NCBI RefSeq assembly: GCF_963921235.1
Contig: NC_086108.1
Location: 44,270,001 to 44,334,000, forward strand
DNA from: Mobula hypostoma
Lineage: Eukaryota
Direction of reading: 5' to 3'
DNA length: 64,000 nucleotides
Shown here: in pieces, positions 37,378 to 49,929 of the stretch
Numbering within the stretch: the stretch's first letter is position 1
Layout: every line of letters starts with the position of its first letter
Position numbers and translations under genes: made by a program
The notes under the pieces: generated by a model
The model's input: the letters and a program-made list of their open reading frames with translations, nothing else
Database searches by the model: none
Told to the model about the DNA's origin: nothing

Positions 37378-38402
37378 CAGTGGCATGCAAAAGTTTGGGC
37401 ACCCTTGGTCAAAATTTCTGTTACTGTGAATAGCTAAGTGAGTAAAAGATGAACTGATTTCCAAAAGGCATAAAGTCAAAGATGACACATTTCTTTAATA
37501 TTTTAAGCAAGAAAACTTCTTTATTTCCATCTTTTACAGTTTCAAAATATCAAAAAAGGTTCTATTCAAAAGGTTCAAAGGAACATCTAAACAAGCCTGA
37601 TGCATTTTGGAAACAAGTCCTGTGGGCTGATGAAGTTAAAATAGAACTTTTTGGCCACAATGAGGAAAGATATGTCTGGAGAAAAAAGGGTGCAGAATCT
37701 CATGAAAAGAACACCTCTCCAACTGTTAAGCACGGGGGTGGATCAATCATGCTTTGGGCTTGTGTTGCAGCCAGTGGCACAGGGAACATTTACTGGTAGA
37801 GCTAAGAATGAATTCAATTAAATACCAGCAAATTCTGGAAGCGAACATCACACCATCTGTAAAAAAAAGCCGAAGATGAAAAGAGGATGGCTTCTACAAC
37901 AGGATAATGATCCTAAACACACCTCAAAATCCATGATCGACTACCTCAAGAGGCGCAAGCTGAAGGTTTTTCCATGGCCCTCACAGTCCCCCGACCTAAA
38001 CATCATCGAGAATCTGTAGATAGACCTCAAAAGAGGGCTTTTGCAAGACGGCCCAAGAATCTCACAGAACTAGAAGCCTTTTGCAAGGAAGAATGGGCGA
38101 AAATCCCCCAAACAAGAATTGAAAGACTCTTAGCTGGCTACAAAAAGCGTTCACAAGCTGTGATACTTGCCAAAGGGGGTGTTACTAAGTACTGACCATG
38201 CAGGGTGCCCAAACTTTCACTTCGGGCCCTTTTCCTTTTTTGTTATTTTGAAATTGTAAAAGATGGAAATTAAAAAAGTTTTCTTGCTTAAAATATTAAA
38301 GAAATGTGTCATCTTTAACTTTATGCCTTTTGGAAATCAGTTCATCTTTTACTCACTTAGCTATTCATAGTAACAGACATTTTGACCGGGGGTGCCCAAA
38401 CT
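37378..38402 (+). mobile_element. internally deleted Tc1-like transposon (IR/DR type)
   Basis: TA|cagtggcatgcaaaagtttgggcacc left end, ~170-bp inverted repeats and an inner gggtgcccaaact repeat at ~38203. Transposase motifs [32 protein letters not shown]. Right end clipped. Confidence 0.9.
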
Positions 38403-38507
38403 CAGCCCAAAACATTGAGTATTTATTTGCATAGAAGCTGCCTGACCTGCTGAGTTCCTCCAGCATTTTGTATGTGTTAATGGATAATTATCCTGGTTCC
38501 CCTATTT

Positions 38508-38591
38508 CAGGGGTTCCCGTTTCTTTTTTTTTATGCCATGGACCCCTACCATTAACCAAGGGCTCTGTGGATCCCAGGTCAGGAACCCCTG
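38508..38591. mobile_element. 84-bp hAT-type MITE
   Basis: TIR caggggttcc/ggaacccctg, 8-bp TSD ccctattt/tcctattt (7 of 8 match). Confidence 0.75.
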
Positions 38592-38959
38592 TCCTATTTA
38601 TACCTCAGCAGGCTGATATTGATACCCTCACTTGATGCTAGAAATCTGAAACAAAACTAAAGTTTCTGGATATGCTTGGCAGGTCAGACAGAGAGAAGTG
38701 GTATTAACATTTTAGGTCAACGTTTTCCTATTCCCTTATACTATTATTACAACTTTTTTGTTACCCATCCATTATTGACGTATTTTCATCTTTTTTTTGT
38801 CAATTCATCTCTCCTGCCTTCCACCCCATTGTAGACACTTCCCTTTTTGTTATTTTTTCCTCCTGTCATTTTTAGTTTCATTGCTGATTTTTCTCAGTTA
38901 ATTCAATCTGAAAAGTTCTGATGAATCTTTGCCCTGAAAGATTAACTGTTTTTCTTTCC

Positions 38960-40932
38960 TCTGAGTCGGTGGTAAGGAAGGCAAATGCAATGTTAGCATT
39001 CGTTTCAAGAGGGCTGGAATGTAAGAACAAGGATGTGATGCAGAGGCTTTATAAGGCATTAGCCAGACCACACGTGGAGTATTGTGAGCAGTTTTTGGAC
39101 CACTTGTCTGAGAAAAGATGTGCTGGTGTTGTAGAGGAGGTATACGAGAATGCTTCTTGGAATGAAAGGATAGAGAGTGTTTGATGGCTCTGAGCCTGTA
39201 CTTGCTGGAGTTCAGATAAATGAGGGACAATCTCATTGAAACATATCAAATATTGAAAGGCCGAGATAGAGAGGATGTTTCTTATTGTATGTGAGTCTAG
39301 GACCAGAGGGGACAGCCTCAGAATAGAGGGACATCCATTTAGAACAGAAAGGAGAAATTTCTTAAGCTGGAAGGTGGTGAATCTGTGGAATTTATTGCCG
39401 TGGACAGCTGTGGAGGCCAAGTCATTGAGTTTATTTGAAGTGGAGCATGCTAGGTTCTTGTTTAGTCAGGTTGTGAGGGGTTACATGGAGAAGGCAGGTG
39501 AACAGGGTTGAGAGCAATGTTCCCTCTAATTTTTAGTAGTCAGTGTGTGCAAAAATCTTACGTTGTGCAAATTTTTTTTTCCTGTGACAGAAGTATGTGC
39601 GCACTGAATGCACACATGGCACAGTTTATGTAGGTTTACAAAATATTTGACATAAAATTGCACAGAATAACATACATATTTAAGTCACTCAGTTATTTTT
39701 TCTCTCTCCTGTCTTTGGCATTTACCCATTCTTTGTAAACTCTATCTAGACTAATAGAACTTCCATCCAATTGATAGCTTTTGATTCTCATTATCATATC
39801 CAAATGACATTCACCTAAACGGTTTCTCAGCTGGTTTTTGAGTCGATTCATTAGGCTAAAACCTCGTTCACAGTCCGCACTAGACGCAAGAAAGGTTCCC
39901 CCAATGTCCATCAACTGTTCAAGGTCACAAAACTGTTCATTTTGAAGTACAAATGCCACCATTTGAGCAAAGTTTGAAATCAGTTTGGATTTAATTTTTT
40001 CTTGCACGGAAAATTTGAAACCATTAAACTGTCTAACTATTTCAGTATTTTCAGCTAGAAAATCATGATATTTTAGACATAAGGCATTAACTTGTTCATT
40101 GCCAAATGTGAAGTCACAATGTACAATTGTGGAGAAATCAAAAGCTGACCATTCTTGTACCTCATCTTCAGGAAACCTTTCTTCTAAATGAACACAAAGA
40201 CTATTTATAAAAGTCAACAGTGAACTTGTATCTACTGTGACGTTTTCTTCACGTTGTTAGCTTAGCAAAACTTTAACTTTGTCACTCCATGAAACATTGT
40301 CTCCCAGATACTGCTTTCTTATCTTGTTAATTTTGCCTCTAGCAAAATGAAGTGAATCAATCAGTGTCAGGCCACTCTTTTGCAGAATCTTGTACAGTGC
40401 AGCCAGTTCATCAAAGATATGATTTAAAACCTGTAAAGCTACTTTGTATGTGATGTTTATCAATTTCTTGTGACAGTATTTAGCCATGGGGTCATTTGAC
40501 TGATCTTTTTCAATAAAAACTTAGTAAGCTATCTACAGGATTTGAAAGAAATCTTTGTAAACTTTACGATATGAACACTGTCCGCCAAAGCTGGCTGCCA
40601 CCGTGATGCAGCTGTACAAACCGGAACAGGAAAGGGGAGGTGACGTAAATTAGTGACGTGCATTGTGGTATTTGAAAAACCGACTAACTAGTTAACAGAA
40701 ACATTTAGCTAAAAGATTACTTTCAATAAGTTTAATTACATTATTTTAGGTAACTAACCTTTTGTGCGCACATTAATTTCCTTTGTGCGCTGGTTGAAAA
40801 ACGTGTGTGCGTTCACACGTGCACAGCTTGGAGGGAACATAGGTTGAGAGGGATAATAAATCAGCCATGATAGAATGGTGGAGAAGACTCAGTAGGCTGA
40901 ATGGTCTGGTTCTCCTATGTGTTGTGGTCTAT
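38960..40932 (+). mobile_element. CR1 3' fragment split by a hAT insertion
   Basis: KANAMLAFVSRG...RPHVEYC and VVNLWNLLP. The 3' UTR resumes at 40851. Confidence 0.85.
39515..40842 (-). mobile_element. internally deleted hAT transposon with C-terminal dimerisation domain
   Basis: TIRs caatgttccctctaa / ttggagggaacatag and exact 8-bp TSD gttgagag (39507-39514, 40843-40850). ORF 39693-40217 has ASSADCERGFSLMNRLKNQLRNRL...LDMIMRI. Confidence 0.92.
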
Positions 40933-40983
40933 TAAGACATTTTCATTTGGAATCAATGTTATGTTGCTTGCATCTAAAAGGAA

Positions 40984-41606
40984 GGAGGAGAAGATGGCAG
41001 CACGACGCAGCACGCACGGCCGTTCCGAATGATATCATATGTGTTAACTAGGGGGCCGTGCACAATCCTGATTTGATGGAGACAGCCGTGAGAAGCACGA
41101 AGGAACACCTGGAGAAACTTCTGAAATGCCCGCTTCGCTGCCGCTGCTACTGTGCAATCGAGAATCTCTGGAGGGGAAGGCCCCAAATCCTCGGCTTTGC
41201 CTATTGCCTGTTGCCGGGGCCAGGGTCAAAGCGCTCGGCAGAGATGCTGCTCAGTGTCGGAGAGCTGGTCGGATGGACTCGGGCTCGGAGTCGGACTGTG
41301 GTCGGGTGCTTCTAGGATGCAGCATCAGCAAGTTTGCGGCGCTGGAGGTTCATTGTCTGCGTAAGATGATGGGACTTTCCAGAGACTTTGAGACTTTTTA
41401 CCGTGCCCATGGTCTGTTCTTTATCAAATTATGGTATTGCTTTGCACTGTTGTAACTATATGTTATAATTATGTGGTTTTTGTCAGTTTTTCAGTCAGTT
41501 TGTCTTGTGTTTCTGTGATAGCATTCTGGAGAAACATTGTATCATTTCTTAATGCATGCATTACTAAATGACAATAAAGGAGGACTGCGTGTCCTCATAA
41601 TCTAAT
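40984..41606 (+). mobile_element. ~620-bp non-autonomous retroelement (copy 2, with 5' end)
   Basis: Starts ggaggagAAGATGGC, CpG-rich body, AATAAA and aatctaatc tail. Homologous to 26041-26636. Confidence 0.7.
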
Positions 41607-41748
41607 CATTAGAAGTGAATCCTTTCAAATACAAAAATGTTTCGGGGCTTGCACTGATTCATTGACAAATATAAGAAATCGTGATTAGAATTAGAAGGGG
41701 TTTAAGATCAGAGGTCCACAGACTCCTTGCTTAATGGTATTGGTTCAT

Positions 41749-43819
41749 AGAAACATAGAAAATAGGTGCAGGAGTAGGCCATTCGGCCCTTCGAGCCTGC
41801 ACCGCCATTTATTATGATCATGGCTGATCATCCAACTCAGAACCCCGCCCCAGCCTTCCCTCCATACCCCCTGACCCCCGTAGCCACAAGGGCCATATCT
41901 AACTCCCTCTTAAACACAGCCAATGAACTGGCCTCAACTGTTTCCTGTGGCAGAGAATTCCACAGATTCACCACTCTCTGTGTGAAGAAGTTTTTCCTAA
42001 TCTCGGTCCTAAAAGGCTTCTCCTCTATCCTCAAACTGTGGCCCCTCGTTCTGGACTTCCCCAACATCGGGAACAATCTTCCTGCCTCTAGCCTGTCCAA
42101 TCCCTTTAGGATTTTATACGTTTCAATCAGATCCCCCCTCAATCTTCTAAATTCCAACGAGTACAAGCCCAGTTCATCGAGTCTTTCTTCATATGAAAGT
42201 CCTGCCATCCCAGGAATCAATCTGGTGAACCTTCTTTGTACTCCCTCTATGGCAAGGATGTCTTTCCTCAGATTAGGGGACCAAAACTGCACACAATACT
42301 CCAGGTGTGGTCTCACCAAGGCCTTGTACAACTGCAGTAGTACCTCCCTGCTCCTGTACTCGAATCCTCTCGCTATAAATGCCAGCATACCATTCGCCTT
42401 TTTCACCGCCTGCTGTACCTGCATGCCCACTTTCAATGACTGGTGTATAATGACACCCAGGTCTCGTTGCACCTCCCCTTTTCCTAATCGGCCACCATTC
42501 AGATAATAATCTGTTTTCCTATTTTTGCCCCCAAAGTGGATAACTTCACATTTATCCACATTAAATTGCATCTGCCATGAATTTGCCCACTCACCCAACC
42601 TATCCAAGTCACCCTGCATCCTCTTAGCATCCTCCTCACAGCTAACACTGCCACCCAGCTTCATGTCATCCGCAAACTTGGAGATGCTGCATTTAATTCC
42701 CTCATCCAAGTCATTAATATATATTGTAAACAACTGGGGTCCCAGCACTGAGCCTTGCGGTACCCCACTAGTCACCGCCTGCCATTCTGAAAAGGTCCCA
42801 TTTATTCCCACTCTTTACTTACTGTCTGCTAACCAATTCTCCACCCACACCAATACCTTACCCCCAATACCGTGTGCTTTAAGTTTGCACACTAATCTCC
42901 TGTGTGGGACCTTGTCAAACGCCTTTTGAAAATCCAAATATACCACATCCACTGGTTCTCCCCTATCCACTCTACTAGTTACATCCTCAAAAAATTCTAT
43001 GAGATTCGTCAGACATGATTTTCCTTTTACAAATCCATGCTGACTTTGTCCGATGATTTCACCGCTTTCCAAATCTGCTGTTATCACATCCTTGATAACT
43101 GACTCCAGCAGTTTCCCCACCACCGACGTTAGGCTAACCGGTCTATAATTCCCCGGTTTCTCTCTCCCTCCTTTTTTAAAAAGTGGAGTTACATTAGCCA
43201 CCCTCCAATCCTCAGGAACTAGTCCAGAATCTAACGAGTTTTGAAAAATTATCACTAATGCATCCACTATTTCTTGGGCTACTTCCTTAAGCACTCTAGG
43301 ATACAGACCATCTGGCCCTGGGGATTTATCTGCCTTCAGTCCCTTCAATTTACCTAACACCACTTCCCTACTAACATGTATTTCGCTCAGTTCCTCCATC
43401 TCACTGGACCCTCTGTCCCCTACTATTTCTGGAAGATTATTTATGTCCTCCTTAGTGAAGACAGAACCAAAGTAATTATTCAATTGGTCTGCCATGTCCT
43501 TGCTCCCCATAATCAATTCACCTGTTTCTGTCTGCAGGGGACCTACATTTGTCTTTACCAGTCTTTTCCTTTTTACATATCTATAAAAGCTTTTACAGTC
43601 CGTTTTTATGTTCCCTGCCAGTTTTCTCTCATAATCTTTTTTCCCCTTCCTAATTAAGCCCTTTGTCCTCCTCTGCTGAACTCTGAATTTCTCCCAGTCC
43701 TCAGGTGAGCCACTTTCTCTGGCTAATTTGTATGCTTCTTCTTTGGAATTGATACTATCCCTAATTTCTCTTGTCAGCCATGGGTGCACTACCTTCCTTG
43801 ATTTATTCTTTTGCCAAAC
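41749..43819 (-). mobile_element. young 5'-truncated CR1 with a near-intact RT ORF (one nonsense codon)
   Basis: ORFs 42815-43789 and 41837-42811 are in the same frame, separated only by TAA (DSK*RVGING). FADD present. TSD ttcat. Inserted into a hAT-MITE remnant (~41696-41748 and 43820-43847). Confidence 0.95.
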
Positions 43820-44248
43820 TTCATGGCATTAAGTTTGGGAACCCCTGGTTTAGGTGGAGCTTGGGCAGTCCCTGGGGTGTTAGTTCTACTCCATTTCTAA
43901 GGCAACTGAGGAGACCAGTCTGGAAACTAAACTTCCCTCATAGAGCTGTTGGAGAGTACCTGATGAGTCAGATTGCTGGGTAGTTTGCTGCTCTATGTGC
44001 ATTCCCGAAGACTAAACGAGGAGTTTCTTTGGCCAGAGGGTGGTGAATCTGTGGAATTCATTATCACAGGCGGCTGTGGAAGCCAAGTCATTCAGTATAG
44101 TTAAGACAGAGGTTGATAAATTCTTGATTAGTCAAGGAGAAGACAGGAGATTGGGGCTGAGAGGGAAAATGGATCAGCCATGATGAAATGGAAGACTCAC
44201 AAGCGCTGGAGGAACTCAGCAGGTCAGTCAGCATCATTTGAAAAGATT

Positions 44249-44284
44249 AGTCGACGTTTCGGGCCGAAACCCTTCGTCAGGACT
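44249..44284 (-). ncRNA. minimal hammerhead ribozyme motif
   Basis: Minus strand agtc-CTGACGA-agggtttcggccc-GAAA-cgtc-gact. Confidence 0.75.
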
Positions 44285-45275
44285 GAAGGAAGAACTTTGG
44301 GGAGGGTTTGAAGAATGCTGGTAGTTGGAAAAAAAACAGTAATTTTAAAGACAAAGGGGTGGGGGAGGGGAAGCAGGGAGGTGATTGGCAGGAGAACAAT
44401 GCAAAGTAGTAGAAGGATGCGGAACTATGAGGGAGGTGATGTGAAATAGGAATGGGGGGGGGGGAGGGAATTACTGGAAGTTGGAGAATTCTATGTTCAT
44501 ACCAGGGGGCTGGAGACTACCTAGACGGTATATGAGGTGTTGCTCCTCCAACCTGAGCTTAGCCTCATCATGGCAGTAGAGGAGGCCATGTATGGACATA
44601 TCCGAATGGGAATGTGAAGCAGAGTTGAAGTGGGTGGCTACTGGGAGATCCTGTCTGTTGTGGCGGACGGTGCGGAGGTGCTTGACGAAGCAGTCCCCCA
44701 ATCTGCGTCGGGTTTCACCGATGTAGAGGAGGCGGCACCGGGAGCACTGGATGCAATAGATGACCCCAACAGACTCACAAGTGAAGTGTTGCTTCACCTG
44801 GAAGGACTGTTTGGGGCCCTGAATGGTGGCAAACCCATTAAACCCGACACAGATTGGGGGACCGCTTCGTCGAGCACCTCCACTCCGTCCGCCACAACAG
44901 ACAGGACCTCCCGGTAGCCACCCACTTCAACTCTGCTTCCCATTCCCGTTCAGATATGTCCATACATGGCCTCCTCTACTGCCATGATGAGGCTAAACTC
45001 AGGTTGGAGGAGCAACACCTCATATACCATCTAGGTAGTCTCCAGCCCCTTGGTATGAACATAGAATTCTCCAACTTCCGGTAATTCCCTCCCCCTCCCT
45101 TCCTCTATCCCTATTTCACATCACCTCCCTCATAGTTTCCGCCTCCTCCTACTACTGCGCATTGTTCTCCTGCCAATCACCTCCCTGCTTCCCCTCCCCC
45201 ACCCCTTTGTCTTTAAAATTACTGTTTTTTTTCAACTACCAGCATTCTTCAAACCCTCCCCAAAGTTCTTCCTTC

Positions 45276-45311
45276 AGTCCTGACGAAGGGTTTCGGCCCG
45301 AAACGTCGACT
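45276..45311 (+). ncRNA. minimal hammerhead ribozyme motif, sense to KEAP1 pre-mRNA
   Basis: agtc-CTGACGA-agggtttcggccc-GAAA-cgtc-gact. Confidence 0.75.
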
Positions 45312-45480
45312 AATCTTTTCAACTGATGCTGACTGACCTGCTGAGTTCCTCCAGTGCATTGTGAGTGTTTCTTTGACAACACCATCTGCAGATTATTTTG
45401 TGTTTATAAAATGGAAGAGCAGACTCGATGGGCCACGTGGCATAATTCTGCTCCTATTTCTTATGGTCTTAATGTAACAA

Positions 45481-45777
45481 GTGTTGGCACGTGGCCAAGT
45501 GCTTAAGGCATTGGTCTAGTGAGCTAGTTCAAGCCTCAGCTGAGGCAGCGTGCTGTGTCCTTGAGCAAGGCAGTTAACCACACATTGCTCTGCGACAACA
45601 CTGGTGCCAAGCTGTATTGGGTCCTAATGCCCTTCCCTTGGACAACATCGGTAGCGTGGAGAGGGGAGACTTACAGCACAGGCAACTGCTGGTCTTCCAT
45701 TCAACTTTGCCCAGGCCTGCGCCCTGGAAACCTTCCAAGGCGAAAATCCATGGTCTCCCAAGATTAATAGATGCCTA
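45481..45777 (+). mobile_element. tRNA-derived SINE with 11-bp TSD
   Basis: A-box-like tggccaagtg, B-box-like gttcaagcc and CORE-like gtgtccttgagcaaggcagttaacc. TSD taatgtaacaa at 45470-45480 and 45778-45788. Confidence 0.8.
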
Positions 45778-46369
45778 TAATGTAACAATAATAAACAAAT
45801 TAGTAAAGGTGTTTGTTGTGAGTTATGTCAGTATTATAACAAGTACAGGCAAGATTAAGGAAAAAGATTGGTGAACAGGTTTTAAAATACCTGATTGATA
45901 GCCATCTTGATGTGAAGCTGAGAGAACCCGTTCCATTAAAGCAGAAGTTGATAGGTTTGTGATTGGTAAGAGCATCTGAGGTTACATGAAGAAGGTGGGA
46001 GAATGGGGTTTAGGGAAATAAATCAGCCACAATGGTGGTGGAACAGAATTGATGGGCTGAATGGCCTAATTGTGCTCCTATGGCTTGTGCTCTTAATAAA
46101 GTATATTACCAGAGATGTTAAATGTAAAGTGATCAATCTCAACAATCTGAAGATCTGCTTCCTACAATTTTGAAAGAGGTGGTTGTGGAGATGGTGAGTT
46201 TGCTCATTATCAATTTCTTAAAAATCTATAGACTCTAAAATGTTTCTTTCATATTGGAGGACATAAAACATTACTATTTAACAGAAGGAGGAAGAGATCT
46301 AACAACATGAATGATAGTGATGCCTCACTCCCAGATGAGCTCAACGCCTTTTACGGGAGAATAAAACTA

Positions 46370-47941
46370 CAAACCCCATTTCCAGAAAAGTTGGGATATT
46401 TTCCAAAATGCAATAAAAACAAAAATCTGTGTGATGTTAATTCACGTGAACCTTTATTTAACTGATAAAAGTACAAAGAAAAGATTTTCAATAGTTTTAC
46501 TGACCAACTTAATTGTATTTTGTAAACATACACAAATTTAGAATTTGATGGCTGCAACACACTCAACAAAAGTTGGGGCAGAGTTAAAATAAGATTGAAA
46601 AGTGCACAGAATATTCAAGTAACACCGGTTTGGAAGACTCCACATTAAGCAGGCTGATTGGTAGCAGGTGAGGTATCAGGACTGGGTATAAAAGTAGCAG
46701 CCAAAGGCTCAGTCTTTGCAAGCAAGGATGGGTCATGGCTCACCCCTTTATGCCAAAATTCGCAAGAGAATTGTTAGTCAGTTCAAAAGGAACACTTTTC
46801 AACGCAAGATTGCAGAGAATTTAGGTCTTTCAACATCTACAGTAGATAATATTGTGAAAAGATTCAGAGAATTCAGAGACATCTCAGTGCGTAAAGGGCA
46901 AGGTCGGAAGCCACTGTTGAATGCGTGTGATCTTCGAGCCCTCAGGCAGCACTGCCTAAGAAACCGTCATGCTACTGTGACAATTATAGCCTTACTTCGG
47001 TAAACCATTGTCACTCAACACAGTCAGTCGCTGCATCCAGAAATGCAACTTGAAACTGTATTACGCAAGGAGGAAGCCATACATCAACTCGATGCAGAAA
47101 CGCCAGCGAATTCTCTGGGCCCGAGCTCATCTCAGATGGACTGAAAGACTGTGGAACCGTGTGCTGTGGTCAGATGAGTCCACATTTCAGCTAGTTTTCG
47201 GAAAAAACGGGTGTCGAGTTCTCCGTGCCAAAGATGAAAACGACTATCCAGATTGTTATCAGCAAAAGGTGCAAAAGCCAGCATCTGTGATGGTATGGGG
47301 GTGCATCAGTGCCCACGGCATGGGTGAGTTGCATGTATGTGAAGGTACCATTGACTCTGAGGCGTATGTTAGGATTTTAGAGAGACATATGTTGCCATCA
47401 AGGCGACGTCTCTTCCCGGGACGTCAATGCTTATTTCAGCAGGACAATGCCAGACCACATTCTGCACAGGCTACAACAGCGTGGCTTTGTAGACACAGAG
47501 TGCGTGTGCTTGACTGGCCTGCTGCCAGTCCAGATCTATCTCCTATTGAAAATGTATGGCGCATCACGAAGAGGAGAATCAGACAACGGAGACCACGGAC
47601 TGTTGAGCAGCTGAAGTCTTATATCAAGCAAGAATGGACAAAATTTCCAATTGCAAATCTACTACAATTAGTATCCTCAGTTTGAAAACAATTAAAAAGT
47701 GTTATTAAAAGGAAAGGTGATGTAACACAATGGTAAACATGCCTCTGTCCCAACTTCTGTTAAGTGTGTTGCAGCCATCAAATTCTAATTTTGTGTATGT
47801 TTACAAAATACAATTAAGTTGGTCAGTAAAACTATTGAAAATCTTTCCTTTGTACTTTCGTCTGTTAAATAAAGGTTCACGTGAATTAACATAGCACTTG
47901 CATTTTGGAAAATATCCCAACTTTTCTGGAAATAAGGTTTG
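46370..47941 (+). mobile_element. full-length Tc1 (DD34E) transposon, transposase disrupted
   Basis: TA on both sides and ~200-bp TIRs (caaaccccatttccagaaaagttggg...). Transposase 46728-~47735 with GRKP, VLWSDES and QQDNARPH-(34)-PIENVW. Frameshift at ~47000 and stop at 47683. Confidence 0.95.
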
Positions 47942-47947
47942 TACATC

Positions 47948-48326
47948 TTTATACTTTATACTTTATTGTCGCCAAAAATTGATACTAGAACGTACAATCA
48001 TCACAGCGCTTCCCACTCCTATTATTACAAATATTAAATATTAAAAATAGTAACAATTAGTAAATATTAAAAATTTAAATTATAAATAATAAATAGAAAA
48101 TAGAAAAATGGAAAGTAAGGTAGTGCAAAAAAAAAAATGAGAGGCAGGTCCGGATATTTGGAGGGTACGGCCCAGATCTGGGTCCGGATCCGTTCAGCAG
48201 TCTTATCACAGTTGGAAAGAAGCTGTTCCCAAATCTGGCTATACGAGTCTGAAAGCTCCTGAGCCTTCTCCCGGAGGGAAGAGGGACGAAAAGTGTGTTG
48301 GCTGGGTGGTTCGTGTCCTTGATTAT
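47948..48326 (-). mobile_element. Rex1-like LINE 3' end
   Basis: IIKDTNHPANTLFVPLPSGRRLRSF...NSFFP and (tataaag)n tail. Confidence 0.75.
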
Positions 48327-48329
48327 CTG

Positions 48330-49795
48330 TGTAAATCCCTGCAACACCTGGTGACCCTGTGATCTCAGTCTCGGAGGCTGACCCAAGACATTTTCAGGAG
48401 GGTGAACACTCATAAGGTGTCAGGTCCTGATGGTGTACCTAGTAGTGCCAACCACCTGGCGGGTATGTTTAGGGACATCTTCAATCTCTCACTGCTGGAG
48501 TCGGAGGTTTCCACCTGCATCAAAAGAGTGACAATCATACCAGTGCCCGAGAAGAGCAGGGTGAGCTGCCTCAATGATTATTGCCCCGTAGCACTCACAT
48601 CTACTGTGATGAAGTGCTTTGAGACGTTGGTCGTGGCTAGAATCAACTCCTGCCTAAGCAAGGATCTGGGCCAGCTGCAGTTTGCCTATTGCCACAATAG
48701 GTCTGTAGTGGGTGCAATCACACTGGCTCTCCACTCAGCCTTGAATCATCTGGACAATAGTAATTCCTGTGTCAGCCTGCTGTTTATTGATTACAGTTCA
48801 GCGTATGGCACAATCATACCTCCAGTTCTAATCAACAAGCTCCAAAACCTGGGCCTCTGTATCTTCTGCAACTGGATTCTTGACTTCCTCATTGGAAGAC
48901 CACGGTCAGTGCAGATCAGAAATAACATCGCCTCACAGACAGTCAACACTGATGCACCTTAAGTATGCTTGCTTAACCCACTGCTCTACTCTCTCTACAC
49001 CCACAACTGTGTGGCTAAGCACAGCTCAAACAGCATCTTTTCATGTGCCGATGACACAACTATTGTTGGCAGAATTTCAGATGGTGACGAGGAGCTGTAC
49101 AGGAGAGAGGTAGATCAGCTGGTTGAGGGGTGTCGAAACAACAACCTTGCACTTAAGTATGCCCAAGGAATTAATTGTGGACTTCAGGAAGGGCATGTTG
49201 AGGGAACACACACCAGTCTGCATCGAGGGAACAGAAGTGGAAAGGGTGAATGGTTTCAAGTTCCTGGATGTAGGCATGACAGTAGCTATATTTTAGGAGT
49301 TACCAAAGACACTTACAAATCTCTACAGATGTACCGTGGAGAGTATGCTAACTGGTTGCATCATCATATGGAGGGGCTTACTGAACACGATTGGAAAAGG
49401 CTGCAGAAAGATGCCAGCTCAGCCAGTTCCATCGTGGACACTACTCGAGGACACCTTGTAAAGGCGATGCCTCAAAAAGGTGACGTCCATCATTAAGGAC
49501 CCCCATGATCCAGGATGTACCCTCTTCTCATTGCTATAATTACAGGAGCCTGAAGACAGACACTCGCTGTTTCAAAAACAGCTTCTTCCCCTCTACCGAC
49601 AGATTTCTGAATGGACAGTGAACCCCTGAACACATCTTTGGTATTCTTTTCCTTCTGTTTTTGCACTACCTATTTAATTTTTTTTATATAAGTTTAATCG
49701 TAACTTGTAGTTCTTGTAACTATATTTTGCGGCAGTGCTACATTGCAATACAACAAACTTCATGGCATATGCTGGTGATATTAAACCTGATTCTG
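48330..49795 (+). mobile_element. Rex1/Babar-like LINE RT (5' piece at ~46295-46367, split by Tc1)
   Basis: ORF 48402-48962 GPDGVP...LNDYCPVALTS...QFAY...LFIDYSSAY, and ADDTTIVG (48969-49496). Confidence 0.85.
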
Positions 49796-49929
49796 AGGAA
49801 CTAGAAGTATATGACAGTATTAGCTGGGGGAAATGCTGAAATCCAGAAGTTGTGACAGCAAGAAATTTATACATATTATACATTTTGTGCATTTATGAAA
49901 GAAATTGTATATAGTTAATTTTTTAGTTC

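Larger units (their letters stand above)
44196..45408. mobile_element. inverted (hairpin) Penelope element in KEAP1 intron 1, 10-bp TSD
   Basis: GIY-YIG ORFs on both strands (44471-44797 minus, 44854-45084 plus). Arms ~44196-44705 and ~44850-45364. TSD aaatggaaga at 44186-44195 and 45409-45418, within a CR1 3' end (44010-45470). Confidence 0.92.

Noticed and set aside
39693..40217. possible domesticated ZNF862/ZBED-like host gene
   Set aside because: It lies between TIRs and an 8-bp TSD inside a CR1 and lacks most of the transposase.
41814..42929. long plus-strand ORFs (230 and 134 aa)
   Set aside because: Antisense shadows of the CR1 RT frame.
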